This document shows, piece after piece, positions 32,867 to 46,509 of a stretch of 64,000 nt of DNA. The position numbers and the translations under genes were made by a program. Position 1 is the stretch's first letter; every line of letters begins with the position of its first letter. Source of the stretch: Macrostomum lignano. Taxonomy: Eukaryota. Location of the stretch: the NCBI GenBank assembly GCA_002269645.1, contig NIVC01000046.1, positions 311,481-375,480 on the forward strand, in the 5' to 3' direction. The notes under the pieces were generated by a model that saw nothing but the letters and a program-made list of their open reading frames with translations, had not been told where the DNA came from and ran no database searches.

Positions 32867-35416
32867 TGCAGAGGCATGCAGGCAGACAGATACACTGATA
32901 CAGACTTGCAGACACACAGACATGCAAACACAGAAACACACTATATTTGCCAGCAGCCTACCAAACCCAACCAATCAAGTCCATTCAAGCTGATCAAACG
33001 CCGCGCTGCAATTCCTTCAGAGAGTCGCAGCAGCCCCTCTAACCCGTCGGCAATCCGATCCGAATCTGTTTGTCTCCATGGCAACGTTGGAACCGGATCG
33101 ACTTCACCAGCTGGCCCACTGCCTGAGAATTGCCGGCCACCCCCTGATGGCGGAGCTGCTGCTGCAGACAGGTTATTGCGGACACTTCAATCTGCTTGGG
33201 CACGGGAGCTTTTATCAAGAACTTGAGCAGCTTTTGTTCTATATAGAAAAATAGTGTTTGCTCAGTGTCAGGGACTTCCCCCCTACGAGACACCTGGACT
33301 GGAACGGAAAGCTTGTAAATTTCTAGTCTTGTGAATGTCTGATCTTGTGAATGTCTGATCTTGTGAATGTCTGATCTTGTGAATGTCTGATCTTGTGAAT
33401 GTCTGATCTTGTGAATGTCTGATCTTGTGAATGTCTGGTCTTGTGAATCTCTGGTCTTTTGAATTTCGAGTATTGTGAATTTCGAGTCTTGTGAGTTTCT
33501 GGTCTTGTAAATCTATTGTGAATATCTGTTCTTGTGAATCTCTGTTCTTGTGAATCTCTGTTGTTGTGAATCTCTCTTCTTGTGAATCTCTGTTTTTGTG
33601 ATTGTTTGTTCTTGTAAATTGTTGATATTGTGAATCTCTGTTCTTGTGAAAGATGAGTCTTGAACTTCCTATTGTGCCACTGAGGCGACAGTTTATCCCA
33701 GTCCGGATGGCTAATCCAGCGGTCCATGAAAGCAGCAGCAATAGTAGTGAAGAAACGCGGAAGCAGAGCAGAAGAGAAGTTCTCATATTTCTTTCTCTCC
33801 TCTCCTCTCCTTTTTGTGTTTTTCTTTCTCGACCTGGCATGATTTTAAAGAAGCCTTTAACGGCGCCACCCCCTGTGCCACATGCAGTGACGTCCTGGGA
33901 CTCCAAGGACCCCAGCGCAGCCGAGCACACGAACTCGCTGCTGTTCGGTACATCCAACCGCCTGCCTCAGTCTGTCGCCGATCGTCTCGTAGACTCGCCC
34001 GAAGCTCAGTCGGATCTCGCCGAGTTCCTGTCAGAGAGGCGGCTGCTGACCTGGTGCCGGGAGTCCCTGTTTGACCCAGCAGGTGCTGACGTCATGAGCC
34101 TGCGGCGTCAACACGCTGAGGAGTCCTGGCGAGCTGCTAGAGATGTGCGAGAGAAGACCGCTGCGATGGCTGAGCTGCAGGCTGAGGTGAGCTCGATTCA
34201 CATGTACACTCACTGATCACTGCTGCATGTACAGTCACTGATCACTGCTGCATGTACAGTCACTGATCAATGCTGCATGTACAGTCACTGATCACTGCTG
34301 CATGTACAGTCACTGATCACTGCTGCATGTACAGTCACTGATCACTGCTGCATGTACAGTCACTGCTCTCAGAGACACCAAACCAATCCCAACTCTGAAC
34401 TGATGCAGCTGACCCAAGCTCAAGCTGCCGTTACCGAGCGAGACCAGACCATCGCCCAGCTGGAGTCGCGCCTCTCAACACTGGCCGCAGCGGCAGGAGC
34501 CGCGGATGATGTCGGCGAGCTCCGCAGTCAGCTAGAAGTGTCTCGGCGTCACCAGGCAGCCAGCGAGAGCCAGGCCCAGCGAGCGACGGCCCGTCTGGAA
34601 GCCTACAGCGCCGCCTTTGATTTTGTGCTAGCGGAAGCTCGACAGTTCCAAGCCGAAGCCGCCGACCAGGTGCCGTCGATTTTAACCGATGGCGACGCTA
34701 CAGAAGGCGGCTTCGTTGAGAACCTTCGTCAGGAGCTGGACGACAGTCATCGATTAGCGTCGTTTCAATCGGAGTTCGCTGGACGATTCCTGGCGACCTG
34801 TCGCGCTCTGCTTGAGGAGCGGCGCCAGGTGGTGCAGCTGGCAGAGAGGTTGGCGAGTTCCACAGATGGTGGCAGCGGCGACTTCGACCCGCAGCAGCCT
34901 CTGGCTGAGGAGCTGTCCCGGCTTGTGGCAGGTCAAGCCGAGGAGAACGCCATGCTGACCGCTCGGCACCGCCTCCTACTGAAGGTGCTCGAGGGTGGCA
35001 GCGTTCAGCCGACGACGTCAGATTCCAACGACGAGCTGGTGGCAGCGGTGGAGTCACTTCGGCGTCAGCTGGCCGAACGCGACCGTCGGATCGCCAGCCT
35101 GACGACAAGACCTGCCGAATCGCCAGCCGCTGCCCTGTCGCCGCCTCCGCAGCCGCCGCAACGCTCGGCGGCTGTCACCCGGGCCTGGGACGAAGTCGCT
35201 CCACCACCGGACTCTGGTTCGACATCCGAGATGAAGCGCTACTCAGTGCTGCCGGAAATCCAGTCGGCTTCCAGCAGCAACAGTCGGGGCCGGTCTGGCC
35301 AGACTCCCAGCGTCATCCCGCACAGCCACCGGAAAGCCACCAAGCGGGAGGGCAATGTCAAGAAGCGGGAGCCGCCGGGGAAGCCGATGCCAGCCAATGT
35401 CGTGTCGCTCAGCTGA
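29747..35416 (+). CDS. Candidate CARD (death-fold) plus long coiled-coil protein, ~580 aa
   Basis: Proposed exons 29747-29890, 33021-33171, 33702-33778, 33851-34186, 34373-35416; phases 0,1,0,0 are consistent. Exons 1+2 give RQRLEKCLTILSKNVPVTDQLLEQLEESQLISQQ..RVAAAPLTRRQSDPNLFVSMATLEPDRLHQLAHCLRIAGHPLMAELL, which is CARD-like. The last two exons are heptad-rich (ERDQTIAQLESRL, ELVAAVESLRRQLAERDRRIASL). The 3' exons are more secure than the CARD join. Confidence 0.55.
30260..30545 (+). mobile_element. Tc1-family DD34E transposase remnant
   Basis: QEDNAPPH...WPSRSPDMNPIEHVW with exactly 34 residues between D and E; after frameshifts, EQLPQDFLRRLILGMP. Lies in intron 1 of the CARD-CC model. 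Confidence 0.85.
32640..32940. repeat. (CAGA)/(CA)-rich microsatellite
   Basis: Degenerate CAGACACA/CAGA repeats upstream of the 33021 acceptor. Confidence 0.8.
33325..33650. repeat. 16-bp minisatellite TCTTGTGAATGTCTGA
   Basis: Tandem copies in intron 33172-33701. Confidence 0.88.
34205..34365. repeat. 25-bp minisatellite CACTGATCACTGCTGCATGTACAGT
   Basis: About 6 copies filling intron 34187-34372. Confidence 0.93.
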
Positions 35417-36321
35417 TGGCTGACTGTGCTGAGACAGCTTCCATGGATAGCTTCCATGGACATGGACCCCACAAGGCCCAGTGAGTGTACAAGCTGGTAT
35501 GCGCTCAGGATTCAGAGGAATGCGCAGAATTGCCGTCAAAGCTCATTTTGGGTCCAACGTTTATTTTATTATAGTGGCTTATTTATTTATTTATTTATTA
35601 TTTTCATTCATAAATCGGGGTGTCCCTCTTAGTGAAACCTGCACACAGTTTGCTAATGTGGCTCCGGTTGTCCCTGTTTAAACTTGGTTAAATTTTCAAT
35701 AGCACTGAAAGTTTGAAGAAAGCTGATTTTAAGTATTTATATCTTGATATTTTAAAACTTCATTTTAACAAAAAATATACGATAGGTCAGATAATGTCTC
35801 TATAAATTAACCGTTGAATTAACAGACTGTTTATTTAATAATAATTTTTTCAAGAGCGCAAAACTGCTCTGATTGTTTAATAACGGTTTGTCTTTGAATT
35901 TCGTATACTTGACACGAAAAAAAACAGTAAAACAAATATCGCTCCAGTAATTGTTTGAAAATTACCAAGTGAAAACAGTTTTTTTGATAAACAGCAGTTA
36001 AAAAGTTTAACAAAAAACTTCCTGTTTATGATAGCTTGTTTTAAACAATTTTATGCTACATTTATTTAAATATGGTTTGATTTTTTAATGCTTTACATTA
36101 CACTCAAATTATTAGCTAAGTTATATTCAGTAGTACTGTATTACTCGTATTCGAAGCGTTGAACAATAAAAATCAATTTTTTATGTTCATTTGACCTTCA
36201 CAGCATAAACTTTACAAATGGCCGTCGAAAATGACCCCTGATAGTCAACTGCGATTCAACAGAATGACCGTCCCTACTTATGAAACCAAATGACCCACTG
36301 AACACCTCACTTGCCGCCCAG

Positions 36322-38260
36322 TGACCCAGTATGACCCAATCTGACCCAATCTGACCCAATCTGACTCAATCTGACTCAGTCTGACCTAATCTGACCCAGT
36401 ATGACCCAATCTGACCCAATCTGACCTAATCTGACCCAATATGACCCAATCTGACCTCATCTGACCCAATCTGACCCAATCTGACCCAATCTGACCCAAT
36501 CTGACCCAATCTGACCCAATCTGACCCAATCTGACCCAATCTGACCCAATCTAAACTAATCTGACCCAATCTGACCCAATCTGAGCCAATCTGACCCAAT
36601 CTGACCCAATCTGAGCCAAGGTGACCCCATCTGACCCAATCTGACCCAATCTGACCCAATCTGGCCCAATCTAAACCAATCTGACCCAATCTGACCCAAT
36701 CTGACCTAATCTGACCCAATCTGACCCAATCTGACCCCAATCTGACCCAATCTTACCCAATCTAAACCAATCTGACCCAATCTGACTCATTATGACCCAA
36801 TCTGACTCATTATGACCCAATCTGACCCAATCTAAACCAATCTGACCCAATCTGACTCAGTATGACCCAATCTGACCCAATCTAAACCAATCTGACCCAA
36901 TCTGACTCAGTATGACCCAATCTGACCCAATCTGACTTAGTATGACCCAATCTGACCCAATCTAAACCAATCTGACCCAGTCTGACCCAATCTGACCTAA
37001 TCTGACCCAATCTGACCCAATCTGACCCAATCTGACCCAATCTGACCCAATCTGACCCAATCTAAACCAATCTGACCCAATCTGACCCAATCTGACCTAA
37101 TCTGACCCAATCTGACCCAATCTGACCCCAATCTGACCCAATCTTACCCAATCTAAACCAATCTGACCCAATCTGACTCATTATGACCCAATCTGACTCA
37201 TTATGACCCAATCTGACCCAATCTAAACCAATCTGACCCAATCTGACTCAGTATGACCCAATCTGACCCAATCTAAACCAATCTGACCCAATCTGACTCA
37301 GTATGACCCAATCTGACCCAATCTGACTTAGTATGACCCAATCTGACCCAATCTAAACCAATCTGACCCAGTCTGACCCAATCTGACCTAATCTGACCCA
37401 ATCTGACCCAATCTGACCCAATCTGACCCAATCTGACCCAATCTAAACCAATCTGACCCAATCTGACCTAATCTGACCCAATCTGACCCAATCTGACCTA
37501 ATCAGGCCCAATCTGACCTAATCTGACCCAATCTGACCCAATCTGACCCAATCTGACCCAATCTGACCCAATCTGACCCAATCTAAACCAATCTGACCCA
37601 ATCTGACCTAATCTGACCCAATCTGACCCAATCTGACCCAATCTGATTCAGTATGACTTAATCTGACCCAATCTGACCCAATCTGACCCAATCTGACCCA
37701 ATCTGACCCAATCTGAGCCAAGGTGACCCCATCTGACCCAATCTGACCCAATCTGAGCCAAGGTGACCCAATCTGACCCAATCTGAGCCAAGGTGACCCA
37801 ATCTGACCCAATCTGAGCCAAGGTGACCCAATCTGACCCAATCTGACCCAATCTGACCCAATCTGACCCAATCTGACTCAGTATGACCCAATCTGACCCA
37901 ATCCGACCCAATCAGACCCAACTTTACCCAATCTGACCCAATCTGACCCATAATGACACAATATAACCCATAATGACACAATATAACCCATAATGACACA
38001 ATATAACCCATAATGACACAATATAACCCATAATGACACAATATAACCCATAATGACCCAATATGACCCAATATGACCCAATTTGACCCAATCTGACCCA
38101 GTTTTAACCAATCTGACCCAATCTGACTAAGTATGACCCAATCTGACTCAATATGACCCAATATGATCCAATATGACTAAATATGACCCTATATGACTCA
38201 ATATGACCCAATATGATCCAATATGACTAAATATGACCCAATCTGACCTAATCTGACCCA
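36322..38260. repeat. 10-bp minisatellite TCTGACCCAA (~190 copies)
   Basis: Starts upstream and ends ~60 bp from the innexin stop; shows higher-order duplicated blocks. Confidence 0.97.
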
Positions 38261-38318
38261 GCCACCTCCCCAAAGCTCCACCCAAGTCAGCAGCCACCTC
38301 AGTCCATCATCAGATATG

Positions 38319-40531
38319 CTAAGCATACTCAGCCGCAGTCTTCAGCTGACTCGGCTCAGCCTCTCGCGAAGGCAGCTGAAGTGTTTCACTGCCAGCAGTC
38401 GGCATCAGCGGGATGTCACCGGCATCGTTGTCAACCGAATCGTCCGGAGTTCTGCGCAGTCCGAATTCCCGCCAGACGCAGCCGAGCAGGTGACTGGCAG
38501 TTCGCTCGTCCGCATTCGCAGCGATGAGCTGGAACACCAGAAGGCCATCAGAGCCCAGGCAGTTGTCGGTGAAGTCTTCCAGCTCGAACCTGTCCACGTC
38601 TGGATCGCTGTTCAACTGTGCAACGAACCCCCGGCGTCTCCATGGCAACAGGAGTGCGGTCAACCAACCGAACGAATGTAGCACGGTTACTATGGCAACT
38701 AAGAGCATCCAGAAGCCGGCGAATATGAAAATTTTCTCCGTGAATATGTTGATAGCGAGGACGCACTGGATTGAGTAGCTTTTGGGAGTTGGGGCGGTTT
38801 TGTAATGCAGTCCATCTAGTAGGTGTCTGGTGTGGAAAACTTCTTTATGGCAACTACATATATAATCTCTATATTAGTAATAGAGTTCGATAATCAAGTA
38901 TCTGGAGTAGAACCGGATTTTTTATACACAGGTCCATGGAGATCTAAACCCAATATCTGAAATAGAAACCTGATTTGTAATGCAAAGGTCCGTGGAAGTT
39001 TAAACCTTATATCTGGAATAGAAATCTGATTTGTTATGCAATCGTTCATGGAGACTTAAACTCAATATCTGGAATAGAAACCTGATTTGTAATGCAAATG
39101 TCCATAGAGATCTTTACCTAACATCTGGAATAGAAAATTGATTTCTAATTCAAAGGTCTATGGAGATCTAAACCCAATTTCTGGAATAGAAACCTGATTT
39201 TAAATGCAAATGTCCATGGAGATTTAAATCCGATATCTGGAATAGAAACCTGATTTCTAATGCAAAGGTCCATGGAGATTTAAACCCAATATCTGGAATA
39301 AAAGCCTGATTTCTAATGCAAAGGTCCATGGAGATTTAAATCCAATATCTGGAATAGAAACCTGATTTGCATTCGATGGCTCACGGAGATCTAAATAAAA
39401 TATCTGGAATGTTAACCTAAAAACATAACCAAAATCAGAATTGATAAAGAATCTCACTTATTAATATTCCCCAGCCGTCTAATTGAGAAGTCGCAGAATG
39501 TAATCCTGGGAAAATGTCCGGACTCATGCCACTCCACTCCTAGCGCCAGGTCCCGGGTCACGGAGAACAGCGAGTCAGTTGCTCGACCGAAAAAGGACGA
39601 CAGAATGAAGAACTGAGCCAGGGAGTTCACCGAGTACAGCAGCTTGGTGATGAGGTACAAGCAGGTGAGGAAGCTGCGCTGAAAGAAGAAGCTGTTTCGC
39701 TCTGAATCCATTCGGGTGAGCAGGTTGGAGCTCAGCTGGAAGCCAACACCGTCCAGGTTGTCTCGATTGACGGCTCGAGACACGATCGTTGGCAGGTCCA
39801 GGCCTGAGGGCGCAGTGGGACCGGGTAGGACTTACGCATCGCTTCGATTTGGGAGAGATCCTCATGTTCTCTTCCCCCACTGTTCTCCTCCCAGTGACTT
39901 CCCCCACTGTTCTCCTCCCAGTGACTTCCCCGCACTGATCTCCTCTCAGTGACTTCAGTCAGTCAGTCAGTCAGTCAGTCAGTCAGTCAGTCAGTCAGTC
40001 AGTCAGTCAGTCAGTCAGTCAGTCAGTCAGTCAGTCAGTCAGTCAGTCAGTCAGTCAGTCAGTCAGTCAGTCAGTCAGTCAGTCAGTCAGTCAGTCAGTC
40101 AGTCAGTCAGTCAGTCAGTCAGTCAGCCGCTCACCGCATTTCCAGTTGAACATCCGCCAGACCATGGCAGGGAAATAATAGCAAAAGGCTTGCAAAGTCA
40201 TCACGTAGGGAATCCATTGGTAGTAGCCGATCTCCTGAGTCTTGCGCACCTCAGCGTGAGGCGACAGCTCCTCGCTTTTCGGCACAAAGTAGGTATTTTT
40301 GACCCAGCAGTAGTCCTCGGCGTACTGAATCCAGGGGTCCTTGAACTCCTGCGGCGTCCAGCATTTCAGAGGCTCACCAACGATCTGCTTGGCGCTGAGA
40401 ATGATGGCGAACATCACCATGATCAGCGAGGTCCAGTACCGGTTCAGCCGGTCCACGAAGTCATCATCCAGCTTGGAGTCCCCAGCCAGGGAGTTGAAGC
40501 CGCGAAACGTTTCGAACAGGGCGAAATCCAT
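38319..40531 (-). CDS. inx: Innexin (gap-junction/pannexin family), 3 exons, ~400 aa
   Basis: Exons 40135-40531, 39458-39803, 38319-38778; GT-AG, phase-consistent, 1203 nt. Motifs DDDFVDRLNRYWT, KQIVGEPLKCWTP, YAEDYCWVKNTYF, YYQWIPY, FPRITFCDF, YSIQCVLAINIFTEKIFIF.GFW and LGSDGLLVFQLI; two Cys per extracellular loop. Confidence 0.96.
38930..39400. repeat. ~59-bp minisatellite in innexin intron 2
   Basis: About 8 copies of GGTCCATGGAGATCTAAACCCAATATCTGGAATAGAAACCTGATTT...ATGCAAA. Confidence 0.88.
39950..40126. repeat. (AGTC)n microsatellite in innexin intron 1
   Basis: Pure tetranucleotide run adjacent to the donor. Confidence 0.98.
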
Positions 40532-40844
40532 GACTGAATTCTGGTGCAGACAGTAACTGCTGTGCGCTCCTTTCTGCTTCTTCTGAAGAATGGAAAAAAT
40601 AATTCTCTGCTTTCCTGACTAAAATGGGCATTTCTTATCACTGTTTAAACCTGAAAATGTTTGTGGCTCCGTTCAATGTTGACTGCAAGCAAAGCATGCA
40701 GAACTGGTGGCTAATCTTATCTTTGCGAATGCTGAGTTACCGTCTGAGTGAGCAGCTTTCTCAGTTCTGAGAATTGGGAGCGTCTCTTCTAATTTCTGAA
40801 GCAGAAACGAATTTGAATAATTAGATCGACAAATAGATCTACCT

Positions 40845-41596
<752 letters not shown>

Positions 41597-41907
41597 CACT
41601 GTTATGTATTTTGCGTGGGTGTTGCATGAGCATATTTTCTACTTGAAGCCTTCTGCAAAGTCCGCACCCAACCCTCTATCCTTTTTGAGCTGCTTTGACC
41701 AACCATTTGAAGACCCACCCCGGCCCGGACGAAACTAACCCAGAGTGCTCAACAGGTCGCGCAGCCAAAGGCGAAATTCTATTTTTAACTGCACATCTAC
41801 AAGGTACTGACTCAGAAGGCAGTGCATATTTTAGCTTGCCAGTCTGTCAGTGGCTTAACAAAACCAAGTTAGAAAAAACCACAGATACACAAGCGAATGA
41901 GTCCGGC

Positions 41908-44722
41908 ATGTCAGCTGATGAAATCCTTGAGTTCGCCGCAGATCTGGGCCTGCCAATCAGGACAAAAGCGCTGCAAGGTATTTAACTTATTGACTCTGCA
42001 CTGATTGACCGTTAGTGCTGGTCTGGTGGCCAATTTAAAAAATGACCAATTGATAGTTTCAAGAGTGACCTGCAATTGATAGTTTCAAGAGTGACCAATT
42101 GATAGTTTCAAGAGTGACCTGCAATTGATAGTTTCAAGAGTGACCAATTGATAGTTTCAAGAGTGACCAATTGATAGTTTCAATAGTGACCAATTGATAG
42201 TTTCAAGTGTGACCAATTGATAGTTTCAATAGTGACCAATTGATAGTTTCAAGAGTGACCAATTAATAGTTTCAAGAGTGACCAATTGATAATTTCAAGA
42301 GTGACCAATTGATAATTTCAAGAGTGACCAATCGATAATTTCAAGAGTGTCCAATTGATAACTTTATGAGTGACTAATTGATAATTTCATGAGTGACTAA
42401 TTGATAATTTCATGAGTGACCAATTGATAATTTCAAGAGTGACCAATTAATAACTTCAAGAGTGACCAATTGAAAACTTCAAGAGTGACCAATTGATAAT
42501 TTCAAGAGTGACCAATTGATAGTTTCAAGAGTGACCAATTGATAATTTCAAGAGTGACTAATTGATAATTTCAAGAGTGACCAATTGATCATTTCAAGAG
42601 TGACCAATTGATAATTTCAAGAGTGACCAATTAATAGCTTCAAGAGTGACCAATTGATAATTTCAAGAGTGACCAATTGATAATTTCAAGTGTGACCAAT
42701 TGATAGTTTCAAGAGTGACCAATCGATAATTTCAAGAGTGACCAATTGACAATTTCAAGAGTGACCAATTGATAATTTCAAGAGTGACCAATTGATCATT
42801 TCAAGAGTGACCAATTGATAATTTCAAGAGTGACCAATTAATAACTTCAAGAGTGACCAATTGATAATTTCAAGAGTGACCAATTGATAATTTCAAGTGT
42901 GACCAATTGATAGTTTCAAGAGTGACCAATTGATAATTTCAAGAGTGACTAATTGATAATTTCAAGAGTGACCAATTGATCATTTCAAGAGTGACCAATT
43001 GATAATTTCAAGAGTGACCAATTAATAACTTCAAGAGTGACCAATTGAAAACTTCAAGAGTGACCAATTGATAATTTCAAGAGTGACCAATTGATAATTT
43101 CAAGAGTGACTAATTGATAATTTCAAGAGTGACTAATTGATAATTTCAAGAGTGACCAATTGATCATTTCAAGAGTGACCAATTGATAATATCAAGAGTG
43201 ACCAATTAATAACTTCAAGAGTGACCAATTGATAATTTCAAGAGTGACCAATTGATAATTTCAAGTGTGACCAATTGATAGTTTCAAGAGTGACCAATCG
43301 ATAATTTCAAGAGTGACCAATTGACAATTTCAAGAGTGACCAATTGATAGTTTCAAGAGTGACCAATTGATAGTTTCAAGAGTGACCAATCGATAATTTC
43401 AAGAGTGACCAATTGATAGTTTCAAGAGTGACCAATTGATAGTTTCAAGAGTGACCAATTGATAGTTTCAAGAGTGACCAATCGATAATTTCAAGAGTGA
43501 CCAATTGATAGTTTCAAGAGTGACCAATTGATAGTTTCAAGAGTGACCAATCGATAATTTCAAGAGTGACCAATTGACAATTTCAAGAGTGACCAATTGA
43601 TGATTTCAAGAGTGACCAATTTATAACTTCCTCCGCCCTCGCCATCACAGACTGGAGCTTCGAGGACCAGAGAAGGCTGCTGAGCACTCTGATATTTCGG
43701 CACTCGCCCCGGATCCAGCGGTCTTCTAAGCACTCGATGGCCGCACTGAGCCACAGTGTGAGCAGCCATCTCAGATCCCATGGCCTCAGCGGCATGGACC
43801 GCTACTTGTTTGACAATTTTGGCAGCTTCCTCAGTGACGAGTTTCTGCTCTGGAAGAAAGGTTTTGATGGCTGGGGTTCTCTGGTGGGGATTAGCGGGGA
43901 TTCTCTGGTGGGATTAGCGGTATTCTCTAGTGGGATTAGCGGGGACTCTCTGGTGGGATTAGCAGGATTCTCTGGTAGGATTAGCGGGGATTCTCTGGTG
44001 GGATTAGCGGGGATTCTCTGGTGGGATTAGTGGGGATTCTTTGGTGGGATTAGCGGTATTCTCTAGTGGTATTAGCGGGGATTCTCTGGTGAAAGTAGCG
44101 GGATACTCTGGTAGGATTAGCGGGGATTCTCTGGTGGGATTAGCGGGGATTCTCTGGTGGGATTAGTGGGGATTCTTTGGTGGGATTAGCGGGGATTCTC
44201 TACTGGGATTAGCGGGGATTCTCTGGTGGGATTAGCGGGGATTCTCTGGTGGGATTAGTGGGGATTCTCTACTGGGATTAGCGAGGATTCTCTGGTGGGA
44301 TTAGCGGGGTTCCCTGGTGAGATTAGACAGCAAGATCTCTAATCCCATATTCCTCATTCTGTCCCACAGTCCTGGAGCCGACAGCCCAGTTGCCAGTCCC
44401 CAGCCGACGCAAAGTACTGTGGAAGCACCTGCTGCACCTGCTCATCAGCAGTCACCCATCAGTGGAGTGGCTGGACGCCCCGTCAGGCCTGTTCCGCTTC
44501 ATCAACAGCGAGTCAGCAGCCCGCACCTGGGCCAAGGTGAAAAACCGACCATCGATGGACTTTGAGAAAATGACTCACTCAATCCGACTGTACTATCCCG
44601 GCAAGAAGAACATCATGTACAAAGGTGTCAGGGACTTGGAGTACGGCTTCAACATGGGGAGCGCTGAGGTGCGAGCTTTCATGGAGCTGAGCCAATGTGC
44701 TGAGCCTCAGGTGCGCAGATGA
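41908..44722 (+). CDS. Divergent ETS-domain transcription factor, possibly with a PNT-like N-terminus; one apparent frameshift
   Basis: The last exon 44370-44722 encodes VLWKHLLHLL...VEWLDAPSGLFRFINSESAARTWAKVKNRPSMDFEKMTHSIRLYYPGKKNIMYKG..LEYGF (ETS fold). It is joined in phase 1 to an exon ending at 43860 (starting ~43651). A preceding exon 41908-41977 ends at CAAG/GTATTT. The middle exon needs a +1 shift near 43740. The true start is uncertain. Confidence 0.7.
42045..43620. repeat. 23-bp minisatellite TTCAAGAGTGACCAATTGATA(A/G)T
   Basis: About 68 copies filling ETS intron 1 up to the acceptor. Confidence 0.97.
43875..44325. repeat. 23-bp minisatellite GGGATTAGCGGGGATTCTCTGGT
   Basis: About 19 copies starting right after the donor at 43861. 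Confidence 0.94.
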
Positions 44723-45345
44723 TTGGACAGCAGCTGCATTGCAAGCATGAAGTCATTTTTACTGAGCTGTACAGACTCCTGACTCTTGATGAGCGCATGC
44801 GGATGTTACTATAGTTGTACTTTTGATTTGCTCACTGATAAATAGATTTAAATAGCCTTTTTTATTTTCTAATTCCTCATTTGTTAATTGATTTGTCACT
44901 ATGGACTGGGACTTGAGCACTGTGATCTGTTGTGTTCTCCGCTTCTTTGATGAACCGGAGTTGAAGTCGTGAGACACGAACTTCTGCGAATTCGAAACTC
45001 AATATGAGCTCTTCTTCTTCTTTACCGACTTCAACTTGTTTCCGCTCATCGCTTAGGTTGGGTGGTGGTGTTGGTGTCTCAACCTGTGTTACCACTACAG
45101 TTGCTGTGAAACAGGGCGTGCTGTCGCCTCCGCCTTTGGTAGCTGTTGGCACTTCACTTCAGGTCTCTAAGCATCGCAAATCTCCCATCTGAAGTCGTCT
45201 TGTGCAGGTGCGAATCCGTTGAAGTGTTTTTGCCTGTAGAGCAGACGAGTGTGGCTTCCTGACTCCGCGTAGATGAGGCTCTCACTTCTTGAGAGTATAG
45301 TGGCGGTTGAATCTTCCTGCCAAACAGTAACACTGACAGCTTGAC

Positions 45346-45582
45346 TCATGGCCGTTGGCTCAAATTGCCTCTTCGATGGTGCGTACAAAGCGTTTTGTTA
45401 ATCCATTGCTTTGCGGATGGTACGCAGAAGTTGTGACCAGATTGCAGACAAACCTTTCCAGCCAGCTGCGCGTCTCCCTCTGACAAAAACTTGGATGGAC
45501 CGTTGTCGGACACGAGCTGATCAGGAACGCAGAGTTGGGAGAAGGTTCTGCGGATTCTGATCACCACTGTTGATGACACCAT
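45346..45582 (-). mobile_element. Gypsy integrase fragment
   Basis: STVVIRIRRTFSQLCVPDQLVSDNGP resembles the window's own Gypsy integrase (TTVISRLRRTFSQLGVPRVLVSDNG at ~56355-56430). Confidence 0.7.
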
Positions 45583-45872
45583 GTCCTTAGTTAGGTGAAC
45601 TAGCAGCAGGCCTAGCTCATTTCAGCATTTGCGTACTTGCGACGCCATGCATTGTTGTGTTCTTTGCGTCTTCGATGAACCGGAGTTGAAGTTGAAGCGA
45701 GTTCGAAACTTAATATGACCTCTTGGCCCTCTACAATGCGTTTGTATATTTTCCAGCTAGCAAGCGCTGGCTTCAAGCCTATATCTGTAAAGCGTGAGTC
45801 CCCCAGAATGTCTATGGGAAATCTCTTAGTCACAGTAATATTATGCACTATTAGTCATCAGTGCGACAACAT

Positions 45873-46040
45873 GATCTGTCACTCTGGTCTGGGACCTGAG
45901 CACTGTGATCTGTCACTCTGGTCTGGGACCTGAGCACTGTGATCTGTCACTCTGGGCTGGGATCTGAGCACTGTGATCTGTCACTCTGGGCTGGGACCTG
46001 AGCACTGTGATCTGTCACTCTGGGCTGGGACCTGAGCACT
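45873..46040. repeat. 34-bp tandem repeat GATCTGTCACTCTGG(T/G)CTGGGACCTGAGCACTGT
   Basis: About 5 copies. Confidence 0.9.
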
Positions 46041-46509
46041 TTAGCGTTGGGCGACAGCGAGGGACACCGGTCTCGGACGCCACCGGATGCCATTGCACTG
46101 TCGGGTGCCGTCTTGACGGCATCAACGTGGAGGCGCCAGCAGCGCACCTGAGCCCTTTGTCTCAATTCGCACTGGAAAAAGTGGTGGGGCGGCAGTGAGG
46201 GTGAGACAGAGAGAGAAAGGCAGAGAGCCGAGCTGCTTGCCAACAAACTGGCTGAAGCTGCGGCAGTTGAGATGGCCGTGCAGCGGCAGAGTGAGAGAGA
46301 AAAACTCAGCAATGCAGCGTAACAGGGAAAGCGGGGTCGCGGAGTCCTCAGCCGTTCCTAGGCCAAAGAAACGAAATCAAGTGGGGATTATAATATTTAA
46401 TTGCCGCAGCCAGCGGGAGGAAATGAGACTAAGCCTCGGCCATAGACTATTGGCTATAAAGCTCTATAAAGCCGAATATTCTGTCTAAGATCAGAAAAGC
46501 TTCAGTTGT

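Noticed and set aside
38316-38778. Plus-strand 121-aa and 84-aa ORFs
   Set aside because: Antisense shadows of innexin exon 3.
44870-45860. Two diverged copies of a short segment (EELILSFEFAE / QEVILSFELAS) on the minus strand
   Set aside because: Likely TE debris flanking an integrase fragment; too short and broken to assign.
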